Source of the DNA: Acidobacteriota bacterium
GTDB taxonomy: Bacteria; Acidobacteriota; CAIWXX01
NCBI GenBank assembly: GCA_040755995.1
Contig: JBFMAF010000055.1
Location: 32,001 to 96,000 of the forward strand
Direction of reading: 5' to 3'
DNA length: 64,000 nucleotides
Positions within the stretch are counted from its first letter, which is position 1. Each line of letters opens with the position of its first letter. Under the pieces are notes generated by a model. It saw only the letters and a program-made list of their open reading frames with translations, was not told where the DNA came from and made no database searches. Positions 38,370 to 48,100 of this stretch are shown here, piece after piece. The translations under genes were made by a program, and so were the position numbers.

Positions 38370-39914
38370 TCACTTGACGGCCAGAATCCGAGCCGACTTT
38401 GGTTGCAGGGGGATCTCCATAGCCCCTGCAGCTATCGCAACGGCTTCACCGTTCAAGATATCCTTCACGGCGGTAGCCTGTGCCCACTCCTCGGGCACGG
38501 CGAACTTCACGGTCACAGGATCGGTTCCTCGATTCAGTGCCACCACAACGACGTCCTGCGAGGCAGCGTCTCGCCGGATGAAGACGTAAGCGTTCGGCTC
38601 AGCTGTCACCACACCCGCGTGCAAGCCGCGAGACAGCGCTGGATGCGCGCGCCGGGTGGCAATGAGCTTTTGGTAGCAGGCGCGCAGCGCCTCGTCTCTG
38701 GCCTCGGCCGAGCCCGGCTTCACGGGGCGATTCCCCCACGGCATGTCGCTCCGGTTCTCAGGCCATTCCCCACCCTTGCGCCCGACCTCCTCGCCGTAGT
38801 ACACGACCGGGATTCCCACTGACGTGAGCTCCAGCACAGCCGCCAATCGGAAGAGGTCCTTGTCGCCGTTCAACTGAGCGAGGGCCCCAGTCACATCATG
38901 GGACGAAAGAAACTGGGATAGATGGTATCCTGCGCGAGTCTTCTCTCGGGACTTGAGGTAGCGGTCGAAGGCGACGACGCGCCCGCGCCCGAGCAGGAAG
39001 CTGACGACATTCCCCTGGAAAGAGAAATCGAAGCCCGCGTCCATCTCGTCGCCGGCAAACCAGGGGTCCAGGACCTGCGGATCGCCGCCCCAGACCTCTC
39101 CCAGCAGGAAGAAGCCGTCGCCCAGAGCGTCTCGCGTGCGTTGTCGATGGAGGTTCCAGAATTCGTGCGGGACGTGTTTGACCGTGTCGAGGCGGAAGCC
39201 GTCGAGGCCCACGCGTTTCGCGAGACCGATGTGGGCGGACAGCAGATACTCGTCGACCTCCGGCAGCTCCGTCTTGAAGTCGGGCAGACCCGCCACGCAC
39301 GACGTAACGTCATCCTGTCCGCACGTCCCGAGATCGTTGGACCTGAACCAACCCTTTGTCTTGGGATCGGTGAGGTATCGGGAGTTGTACCCTGCATGGT
39401 TGTAGACGACATCCAGCAGGACCTTGATGCCCTTCGAATGGCATGCGTCGACGAGGGCCTTGAGATCCTCCTCGGTGCCGAACCTCGGGTCCAGGCGAGT
39501 GAAGTCGTCCGCCCAGTAGCCGTGGTAGGCCCAGTCGGGGAAACCGGCTCCGGTCACGAACCCATCGATGTTCTTGACGACAGGCGTGATCCACAATGCG
39601 TTGATCCCGAGCGCCGCGATATCGTCCAGCTGGCCGCGCAGCCCCTTCAGATCGCCCCCGTGAAACGCGCCCTTGGCCGCGGTGTCGACGGCCGCGTTGT
39701 TGTTCGGGTCCCCATCGGCGAATCGATCCACAATGACGAAGTAGATCACGGCGTCTTCCCAGCTGAGCGCCGGGGCGCCCGTCGCCAGCCTGGAGACGGC
39801 CGCCGTCTTGGGCGCAGCGGCGCCCGGCACCGTGATGAGCGTGACTGTGAGCACGCAGGCAAGGATCGGAAATGCACGAAGGCGGCTGCTTGCGGAAGCT
39901 ACCAGAGTGTTGAT
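38370..39914 (-). CDS. Exported GH13 alpha-amylase family protein; start uncertain (ATC 39914 or GTG 39854)
   Basis: DRFADGD, GGDLKG, YHGYW, DVVYNH, GFRLDTVKH, LLGEVW, FLSSHD. Confidence 0.9.
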   Translation of the reverse strand: MNTLVASASSRLRAFPILACVLTVTLITVPGAAAPKTAAVSRLATGAPALSWEDAVIYFVIVDRFADGDPNNNAAVDTAAKGAFHGGDLKGLRGQLDDIAALGINALWITPVVKNIDGFVTGAGFPDWAYHGYWADDFTRLDPRFGTEEDLKALVDACHSKGIKVLLDVVYNHAGYNSRYLTDPKTKGWFRSNDLGTCGQDDVTSCVAGLPDFKTELPEVDEYLLSAHIGLAKRVGLDGFRLDTVKHVPHEFWNLHRQRTRDALGDGFFLLGEVWGGDPQVLDPWFAGDEMDAGFDFSFQGNVVSFLLGRGRVVAFDRYLKSREKTRAGYHLSQFLSSHDVTGALAQLNGDKDLFRLAAVLELTSVGIPVVYYGEEVGRKGGEWPENRSDMPWGNRPVKPGSAEARDEALRACYQKLIATRRAHPALSRGLHAGVVTAEPNAYVFIRRDAASQDVVVVALNRGTDPVTVKFAVPEEWAQATAVKDILNGEAVAIAAGAMEIPLQPKSARILAVK

Positions 39915-39968
39915 TTCGACCTCCCGTGAACTCTACGGTCGTTCCGAGTCCCTCGGCCGGACCCCCTT

Positions 39969-40005
39969 TGCACGATTTATATTGCATTCATTCCCGAGGT
40001 GTCAA
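39969..40005 (-). promoter_or_regulatory. Putative promoter of the maltodextrin operon with overlapping imperfect palindrome
   Basis: Minus strand TTGACA (40005-40000)-18 bp-TATAAA; TGCACGAT-TT-ATATTGCA at 39969-39986. Confidence 0.5.
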
Positions 40006-40135
40006 CCGCCGCTGTGACCCGGATTCGGCGGCCATCCTGCGTAGCGACCTTGCTATTGACAGCCCCGCTACTCGTTGTCCTCTGGACGTGGACGTGGCCG
40101 CAGGCAGGACATTTTGCACTTTACCCTTTGCGTTG

Positions 40136-40768
40136 TCAGTAGTCCGCGTAGAGGCCGCCGGTGTCGCTCATCCAGTCAGCGATACGGTTCGCGGCCGCCT
40201 GAACGTCGTTATCAGACACGTCCAGGTCCACGTGCGGCAGAGTCGACTCCCGGACCAGGCGCCGCATGAGATCCTGCTCGCCGATGAACTGTCTCAGGTC
40301 GTTGTACTGCGACGGATTGCCGGACACGTTCAGCCGCTCTGCGCGCGCGGCCGTGAACGACTCCTCGGTCCGATAGCAAAACACCAGACGGAACCCGACT
40401 CTCGCGAGCCGTTCCTCGAGCCATCGGAAGTCGTAGTCTTTTCCGTGGGCGTGGAGCTGGTGCATACGTGTGGATAGATGGAAGCGATCGACGATCCAGG
40501 AGTAATAGGGCAACAGTTCGAAGAGCCGGATCCACGTGCGGTATGTCTCCATCGCGCGCTCCTCTTCGTGCGGGGCGAAGTTGATCAGCCCGCGGCCCCA
40601 GGGGAAGTTGGTGAATGCGCACCATTCGGCGGAGACGAGCGGAGAGTGGTACCGGTACTTCCGCGGCCCTACGATGCGCGGGTGCTCGTTGAGCGCAAAG
40701 GCGATCTCGGTCTTCAGCGTGAGGCGCGTGCCTTCCAGGATGATCTTCGGACACAGCTTGGCAGACAT
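40136..40768 (-). CDS. Hypothetical protein, nucleotide-kinase-like
   Basis: IILEGTRLTLKT degenerate P-loop, WIVDRF; 210 aa. Confidence 0.6.
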   Translation of the reverse strand: MSAKLCPKIILEGTRLTLKTEIAFALNEHPRIVGPRKYRYHSPLVSAEWCAFTNFPWGRGLINFAPHEEERAMETYRTWIRLFELLPYYSWIVDRFHLSTRMHQLHAHGKDYDFRWLEERLARVGFRLVFCYRTEESFTAARAERLNVSGNPSQYNDLRQFIGEQDLMRRLVRESTLPHVDLDVSDNDVQAAANRIADWMSDTGGLYADY

Positions 40769-40957
40769 GGCCGGGCTCCAATCCTCAGAGGACCGACTCC
40801 CTCCTGTTCGTATCAGCCTCCAGCCGTCCAGACCGACGGCTCTCTGACTGCCATCATACGCAACGAGCGGCCGGCTGTCACGCGCGCACAGCGCGAGTTG
40901 ATCTCAGGCTTGCGGCTGCACGGCCGATTTGTCACAATGAGCGCAGGAAGCCTGGCC

Positions 40958-41176
40958 ATGAATGCGGTGAACGTACGAGCAGACGCCGCGGCCACTGCGG
41001 AGCAGAAGGTGTTGCTGACCGGCGAAGAGTTGCTCGCGATGGGAGATGTGGGCCGGTGCGAGCTCGTGAGAGGGGAGATTGTGCGCATGTCACCAACCGG
41101 AGAGAGGCACGGAACAGTCGAGAACAACATCGCTATGGCGCTCACCCAATTCGTGCGCCAGCACCGGCTGGGCTGA
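40958..41176 (+). pseudogene. Truncated Uma2/DUF820 endonuclease (N-terminus only)
   Basis: LLTGEELLAM...RCELVRGEIVRMSPTGERHG; stops before the PD motif. Confidence 0.75.
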
Positions 41177-41258
41177 CTGAGGCGGGCACGCCGGGCTCGG
41201 GCGGCAGCCCGCCGGTTCGCGACCAGCTACGGGTCGCCGAATCAGCGCATTGGAATGT

Positions 41259-42008
41259 CTACGCCTCAGGCTCGATGCCCGCAGCCCGGAGCTGGGACGC
41301 AAGCCGTTCGGCGCGCGCCAGCTCACGCTCGGCGCGAACCTTCTCTTCGTCCGCACGCTCCTGGCCCGTCGGGAGCACATTGCCGTCCCTGTCACACCAC
41401 CTGAGCCACGTGGCACGCCTATCCTCGTACACTCCGTCCCAGAGCTTGAGGCCCAGCCCGACCTCGGCTAGATACCGCTCCTCAGTCTCCACATATCCTC
41501 CCGGGGACAGCACAAAGACTCGCAGCGGTCTGTCCTGGATCTGGAGACATGGATCGAACACGACGTAGTAGGTCGCGCGAAGACGCGCGTAGAGCTGCAT
41601 CTTGTTCCGGAGCTCTTCGCCCTGCGTGTTGGAGACGATTTCGACAACAACGTCCGGAGGCTTGCCGGCCTCCCACACAAGATAGGAACGTCCGGCCGGT
41701 TGCCACCAATCCGCGTCGGTCTCAGCATCCAGGCTCAGGAACATGTCGGGCACGATAGCAGGCTGGTGCACAGAATAGAATATTCCCACGTTGGCCGCCG
41801 CAACAAACGGCCTCCCGCCGAACAGCTGCTTGGCGGACCCATGAATCGGTTCGGTCAGCAAGCGCTGGTTCTTCTCGGAAAAGATGTTGTCCACAGGGGC
41901 ACCATCCTCTGTGATGAGATGGGACGTATCGGGCGCCGGCGGCAGTTCTTCGGCTAGTACCGGTTGTGTGGCAGTCGCGCTCATCTGCATCCCCCCGGGC
42001 TTGTTCAC
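41259..42008 (-). CDS. Uma2/DUF820 family PD-(D/E)XK protein
   Basis: VPDMFLSL, GKPPDVVVEIVS, YYVVFDP, WLRW; C-terminal coiled coil. Confidence 0.9.
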   Translation of the reverse strand: MNKPGGMQMSATATQPVLAEELPPAPDTSHLITEDGAPVDNIFSEKNQRLLTEPIHGSAKQLFGGRPFVAAANVGIFYSVHQPAIVPDMFLSLDAETDADWWQPAGRSYLVWEAGKPPDVVVEIVSNTQGEELRNKMQLYARLRATYYVVFDPCLQIQDRPLRVFVLSPGGYVETEERYLAEVGLGLKLWDGVYEDRRATWLRWCDRDGNVLPTGQERADEEKVRAERELARAERLASQLRAAGIEPEA

Positions 42009-42062
42009 ATCTCAGAATAGCCGACCACTCCGCGGCGGTCAAGAGACGCTGCTGCGGGCATG

Positions 42063-42440
42063 TCACCGTAATCGCGAAGGAGGTGGCTCCGTCGCCACGT
42101 TCCGCCTGATGATTTCGATCTCGGTGCCATCGAGGCTGTACACGCGAAATGTTAGAGACGGCAGTTCCAGGATGCCGAATGTGCCTCCTGCGCGAGTCCC
42201 TTTGGTTTGCGTGGGGGCCGCCAGCATTCTTCTCGAACTGGGATCATAAAGTACCGTGGCACTGCCGACGTCCGACTGTCGAGTCACCGACTGCGCCCGC
42301 AGAAGTGCACCCGGGTTCACTATCAGGCCGTCACTGCCCTCAGCCGTATTTCCGAATAGGCAGAAAGGCAAGTGCGTATGACCGACGATGAGCACCTGAA
42401 CAGGATCGACTCCGGCCGCAATCAGATCGGACGTAGATCT
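42063..42440 (-). pseudogene. C-terminal remnant of a metallophosphoesterase
   Basis: VLIVGHTHLPF, IVNPGA, GTFGILELP; N-terminal DxH/GD/GNH motifs absent. Confidence 0.65.
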
Positions 42441-42544
42441 GCCACGATTCGCTTGCCCACGCGTGCATTACCTCCATCTCGGAACTTCCTCTGCAGACCA
42501 AAAGACTACTACCAGGGTTGCCGCGTCCTGTCTGAACTCGGTGC

Positions 42545-42586
42545 CGTTGACGTCGCCGTCGCCGTAGGCGTAGCCGTAGACGTTGA
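42545..42586. repeat. Hexamer tandem repeat (CGTNGN x7)
   Basis: cgttga cgtcgc cgtcgc cgtagg cgtagc cgtaga cgttga. Confidence 0.75.
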
Positions 42587-42600
42587 AAGGTGGCGTACAC

Positions 42601-42918
42601 TCATTTCGATGTCATCTTCACCAGCATGGAAACGATTCGCTGCAGGAGCGTCTTGCCGTCGATATGCGTTTCTTCGTCGATGAGATTTAACACCCTCGAT
42701 GCGTCCAAAAGGGCTCCGCATTGATGAGCGGATCCCCGGGCTATGTCATGGTACCGATTGGGGTCCTGCGGGCCGCGCTTTCCATATCCCTCAGCAATAT
42801 TCAGTGGAATCGAGAGAGATGCCCTCCTAAGCTGGTCTGCTAGTGAGGCGTACCCCTTCGGGTACTGGTCAAGGATCCGCGCCGCGGATGCTAGGAACTC
42901 GATTGCGGCCTTATACAC
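42601..42918 (-). CDS. Four-helix-bundle protein (23S rRNA IVP-like family); true start uncertain
   Basis: HEDLDVY upstream in frame, LADQLRRASLSIPLNIAEG, IARGSA. Confidence 0.88.
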   Translation of the reverse strand: MYKAAIEFLASAARILDQYPKGYASLADQLRRASLSIPLNIAEGYGKRGPQDPNRYHDIARGSAHQCGALLDASRVLNLIDEETHIDGKTLLQRIVSMLVKMTSK

Positions 42919-43257
42919 GTCAAGGTCTTCATGATGTAGTGCCCGGGTCGCGCCCCTTGACGAAACGGACCGGGCCCACTACCTTTAGGCTGTGTGCGGA
43001 AGAAGGGCAGCGGGGGTGGTGAAGTGGCACGAGAAGTGAGGAGCGCGTGTTGGGTGGAGGTCGCACCGGCGCACGCTGCCTGGGCGCAATCCGACGCATA
43101 GCGCGGGACGGTCTGAGCGCATCTGAGACCATCTCAATCGCCTCGGCAGCTGCCAGTGGATCGAGGCCGGCCACGGGCAGGCGGCGTCGAGCACGACCCG
43201 CACGTTTGAGCGGCCGATATCTTCCACTGCCATCGAAAATCAAGAAGGAGCATCAAC

Positions 43258-44208
43258 GTGACTAGCGACAAGATCATCGCGGTATTGGGCGCGACCGGTG
43301 CGCAGGGCGGCGGCCTGGTACGCGCCATTCTGGCGGACAAGAACGGCGGATTCGCTGTGCGAGCCATCACCCGTGACGTAAAATCGGAGAAGGCCAGGAC
43401 TCTGGCGAAGCTCGGAGCCGAGGTAGTCGCCGCCGACGTCGACGACCTGGAGAGTCTCAAACGGGCGCTCCGGGGCGCCTACGGAGCATTCTGCGTCACT
43501 TTCTTCTGGACGCACATGTCCCCAGAGAAGGAGACGGCCGAGGCCGGCAACCTGGCCAAGGCGGCGAAGCAGGCCGAGGTTCAGCATGTCATCTGGTCAA
43601 CACTCGAGGACACGCGCAAGTGGGTGCCGCTCACTGACAACCGCATGCCGACTCTCCTCGGCAAGTACAAGGTGCCGCATTTCGATGCCAAGGGTGAAGC
43701 CGACCACCTGTTCGCCGAGCTGGGCACCCCCACTACGTTCCTGCTGACTTCGTTCTATTGGGAGAACCTGATCTACTTCGGCATGGGTCCCAAGAAGGAT
43801 CGGAACGGCAGGCTCGCCATAACCTTCCCCATGGGCGACAAGAAACTCCCCAGCATCGCCGCCGACGACATCGGGAAGTGCGCCTACGGGATTTTCAAGA
43901 AAGGGCGTGAGCTCGTCGGCAAGACCGTTGGCATCGCCGGCGAGCATCTGACCGGTGCTCAGATGGCGGCACGTCTTACGAAGGCGCTTGGGCGGGAGGT
44001 AATCTACAACGATGTCACGCCTGAGCAGTACCGGGGTTTCGGCTTCCCAGGAGCCGACGACCTGGCCAACATGTTCCAGTTCAACCGCGACTTCGAACAG
44101 GCGTTCTGCGCCGCGCGCAACCCTGAGACAGCCCGGGCGCTCAATCCGGCGCTCCAGACCTTCGAGGTCTGGCTGTATCAGAACAAGAGCCGCATACCAC
44201 TCGGGTAG
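43258..44208 (+). CDS. NmrA/HSCARG family NAD(P)-binding protein
   Basis: GATGAQGG, VPHFDAKG; AAGGAG RBS. Confidence 0.92.
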   Translation: MTSDKIIAVLGATGAQGGGLVRAILADKNGGFAVRAITRDVKSEKARTLAKLGAEVVAADVDDLESLKRALRGAYGAFCVTFFWTHMSPEKETAEAGNLAKAAKQAEVQHVIWSTLEDTRKWVPLTDNRMPTLLGKYKVPHFDAKGEADHLFAELGTPTTFLLTSFYWENLIYFGMGPKKDRNGRLAITFPMGDKKLPSIAADDIGKCAYGIFKKGRELVGKTVGIAGEHLTGAQMAARLTKALGREVIYNDVTPEQYRGFGFPGADDLANMFQFNRDFEQAFCAARNPETARALNPALQTFEVWLYQNKSRIPLG

Positions 44209-44335
44209 CGGTACCGCAGCACCCATACGCGGGCTCAACCGGCCTCCCGGGACGCCGGCGGCCGGTTGGCCCCGCGGGGGTCTTGTCAATCGGCGCGAAG
44301 TTTGGAGCACAGGCGCCGGGGCCAGCAGACCGACT

Positions 44336-44413
44336 GCGCGGAGCGCGGCGAGATGGAGACACAGCAAACCGGCCCGGCTCTCCGCGTCTCCCCCTCACCG
44401 CACCCCCGCGTCC
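44336..44413. repeat. Octamer repeats in inverted arrangement between convergent genes
   Basis: gcgcggag cgcggcg agatggag ... ccgcgtct ccccctca ccgcaccc ccgcgtcc. Confidence 0.5.
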
Positions 44414-44469
44414 GTCGCCAAGGGCACCTGCGTCTCCTCGCAACGGGCGTGGAGCACAGAAGCGTGCCA

Positions 44470-45099
44470 TCACACGTTCTTGAGGACCATGCCCTCTATG
44501 ACGTTGGCGACGTCTTCTACGCGGTCGACGGCTTCCTCCAGGCGGTCGTAGATCTGCCCCCATTTGACTATGTCGAGCACCGTCTCGGGCCCGGTGAGCC
44601 GCATCTCGTATACCTCCCCGAGACCCACCAGCAAGAACGCGTCGGCTTCGTCCACGATCTGGTCGACACGCTCGGCGGACGTTCCGATCGGATGGCGAGT
44701 CGAGAGCTTGCGCATCATCGTCCCGATCTCGATAACCACCTCGCCCACGCACTCCGCGACCTCCTTGGCGCTGCCCGGCATGGACTGGACGCGGTAGAGC
44801 CCGACCCGGGTCGAGACCGCCTTCACCGCAGTGATTGCCAGCTCGAATGCCTGGTTTAGGTCGTGGATGTCGTCGCGCTCGATCGGCCGGATCAGCGTCA
44901 GCGAGAGCTGGCGCGTGATCTCGCGTGACTCCCGCCTCGCCTCGGCCTCGATCGCTTGAATCCGCTTCAGCGTTTCGGCCATACCCGGCTTCTCCTCGAA
45001 CGCGTCACGCAGCAGAGAGACCGCCTCGCTCAACCTCGCATACTGTGCCTGGAACAGGTTCGAGAAGGCGAATTCCGTGCCCAACAGGTTGAACGCCAT
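44470..45099 (-). CDS. DUF47 family (PhoU-like) protein
   Basis: PIERDDIHDL, IVKWGQIYDRLEEAVDRVEDVANVIEGMVLKN. Confidence 0.85.
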   Translation of the reverse strand: MAFNLLGTEFAFSNLFQAQYARLSEAVSLLRDAFEEKPGMAETLKRIQAIEAEARRESREITRQLSLTLIRPIERDDIHDLNQAFELAITAVKAVSTRVGLYRVQSMPGSAKEVAECVGEVVIEIGTMMRKLSTRHPIGTSAERVDQIVDEADAFLLVGLGEVYEMRLTGPETVLDIVKWGQIYDRLEEAVDRVEDVANVIEGMVLKNV

Positions 45100-45104
45100 C
45101 TGTC

Positions 45105-48100
45105 CTAAACTCCTGCCTCGTTCACCTGAGGCGCGCCCTTCCGCCGCCGCTCGCCGAGCCACCTGTTCAGCCTGTCGAAGTACACGTAGAAGACCGGCGT
45201 CACGAAGAGAGTCAGCATCTGGGAAAAGAGCAGTCCGCCGACGACGGCGACACCCAGCGGCTGCCGCGCCTCGCCTCCGGCCCCGTACCCCACCGCGATC
45301 GGCAGCGAGCCGAAGAGCGCCGCCATCGTGGTCATCATGATCGGCCGGAAGCGGATCAGGCAAGCCTCCACGATCGACCGTTCTGGAACCCACCCGTGCG
45401 TCCTCTCCGCCTCCAGCGCGAAGTCCACCATCATGATGCCGTTCTTCTTCACGATCCCCACGAGCAGGATGATGCCCACGTACGCGTACATGTCGAGCTC
45501 CATCCCGAACAGGTGCAGAGCTCCGAGCGCGCCGAATCCTGCAAGCGGCAGCGCCGTCAGGATTGTCAGCGGATGGATATAGCTCTCATAGAGCACGCCC
45601 AGTACCATGTAGATCAGGATAACCGTGATGATCAGCAGGAACCCCATGCTGGCGAACGACGATTGGAATGCCTGCGCAGAGCCCTGGAACCCGGTCTGAA
45701 TCGACTGCGGCAGGTTCTCCTTCGCCAGCTTGTTCACCTCGGCAATGGCATCGCCGATCGAGAAGCCCGGCTTGAGGTTGAACGAGACGGTAGCTGCCGG
45801 AATCTGTCCCGAGTGGTTCACAGCCAGCGGCGCGACGGTCTCGCGGATCTTCGCCACCGTCGAGATCGGCACCAGATCGCCCCGCGGCGACTGCACGTAC
45901 AGCATCGAGAGAGCCGGCGGGTGCTCGCGGTACTCCGGCAGCATCTCCAGTATGACGTAGTAGTAGTTGCTCGACGTGTAGATGGTCGAGATCTGCCGCT
46001 GGCCGTATCCGGAGTAGAACGCCTCCTGCACGTCCTTGAGCGTGAGGCCGAGAGCTGAGGCCTTGTCGCGATCGACTTCGATCTCGATCATCGGCTTCCG
46101 CAGCTGGAGATCCGATCGCACGTCGGTGAGCGACTGGACCCCGCGTATCTTCTCCTCCATCAGCGCGCTGTACTTGTACAGGGCATCGATGTCGGTGCTC
46201 TGGAGCGTGTACTGCCATTGGGCGGAGGCGAGGCGCGAGCCGATCGTCACGATGGGCGGATTCACCAGCGACATGGTCAGGCCGGGAACCTCGGCCAGCT
46301 TGGGCCGCAGCCTGTCGATGATCTCGTCCACCGAGTGCTCCCGCATATTGCGCGGCAGGAGGCTCACGAAGACCAGCTGGGTGTTGTCGCCGCTGAAACC
46401 GGCAAGAGACCCCACCTTGGCCTTGGACAGATCGGGATCGACCATCAGGATCGAATCGACCTGCTCGACGTGGCGGACCATGTCCTGGTAGGAGGTCTTG
46501 TCCTGCGCCTGTGAGAAGATGCGGAAGAAATTCTGGTCCTGGTTCGGGATGAACCCCTTGGGGATGATTCCGAACAGGTGCACCATCTCAATCGTCACCA
46601 GGACCGTGAACGCCAGCGCGATCCGCCGGTGGCGCATGACCGCGCGGAGTCCGCGCTCGTAGAGGCGGAGCGACCCGTTGAATGCGCGCTCGGAGAGCTC
46701 GTACAGCCTGCCTCTGGACCGCGCCGTCTCGCCGTGTCGAAGCAGCCGGCTGGCCATCATGGGCGTCAGGGTCAGCGAGAGGAAGCCCGAGATCAGGATC
46801 GCGGCTGCGATGCTGACGGCGAACTCGCGGAACAGCCGCCCGAGGATACCGCCCATGAACAGGATCGGCACGAACACGACCACAAGCGAGAGCGTCATGG
46901 AGAGAACCGTGAAGCCGATCTCGCGCGATCCCCTCAGCGACGCCTCCAGCGCCGTCTCTCCCCCCTCCATTCGTCGAATGATGTTCTCCAGCACCACGAT
47001 CGCGTCGTCGACGACGAAGCCGATCGCGAGGATAAGCGCCATCATCGAGAGGTTGTTGAGAGAGTACCCGCACAGGCTCATGATGGTGAAGGTGGCGATG
47101 AGCGAGAGCGGCACGGTAACGCTCGGGATGATCGTCGGCTTCAGCGCCCGGACAAAGAGGAATATCACCGCGACGACCAGGAGGATCGTCAGCACCATCG
47201 TGAACTGGACGTCGTAGATGGACTCCTTGATGAACAGCGACTGGTCGTAGAGGACGTCCATCTTCATCTCGCTCGGCATGGTCGCCTCCAGCCGAGGCAG
47301 CACGGCCTTAACCCGGTCGGTCACCTGCACGGTGTTCGAGCCCGTCAGCTTCCGGATGCGCAGGACCACCAGGCGCCGCTCCGCTCCGCCCTCAAGGTAC
47401 ACCGCCTGCGCGCGATCGAACTCCAGCCCATCGATGGCGCGGCCCAGGTCCTTGATGCGCACCGGATACCCGTGCTGGTACGTGACGATCAGCGACTCGA
47501 ACGCCTTGGCGTTGTAGAGCTGCCCGTTCGACTCCATCGTGTAGGCAGTGCGCGGCCCGTCCAGTGTCCCGCCGGGCATGTTGACGTTGCCGTTCTGGAT
47601 GGCCGCGGAAACCTGGTTGATACCGATCCCGCGGTTGGCGAGCACCTGCGGGTCCACCTGGACGCGCACGGCGTACTTCTGTCGCGGCACGGCGTCGGCC
47701 AGCCCGACACCGTTGATCGTGGCGAGGTTCGGGAGCATGACGTTCTCGGCGTAGTCGTACATCTCGGTGACAGGGAGCGTGTCCGAGTACAGCGCGACGA
47801 ACATGATCGGCATATCGGCCGGGTTGACCTTCTGAAAGACCGGGGGGTTGGGGAGGTTGCGCGGGAGCACGCCCATGGCAGCGTTGAGGGCCGAGCTCAC
47901 GTCGAGGGCGGCTGCATCGATGCTCCGATCGAGCGAGAACTGCAGGACGATCTGGGCGCTCCCAAGCGTGCTCGTGGAGATCATCGACTCGATGCCCGCA
48001 ATCGACGAGAACTGCTTCTCCAACGGTGTCGCCACCGTCGCCGCCATCGTCTCGGGGCTTGCTCCAGGCAGAGCCGCCGATACCTGGATCGTCGGGAACT

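Noticed and set aside
40958..42008. Convergent Uma2 pair as a restriction or defence system
   Set aside because: One copy is truncated, no methyltransferase or partner is adjacent, and Uma2 paralogues are commonly scattered
42601..42918. Diversity-generating retroelement (Avd-like protein)
   Set aside because: No reverse transcriptase and no template/variable repeat pair was seen
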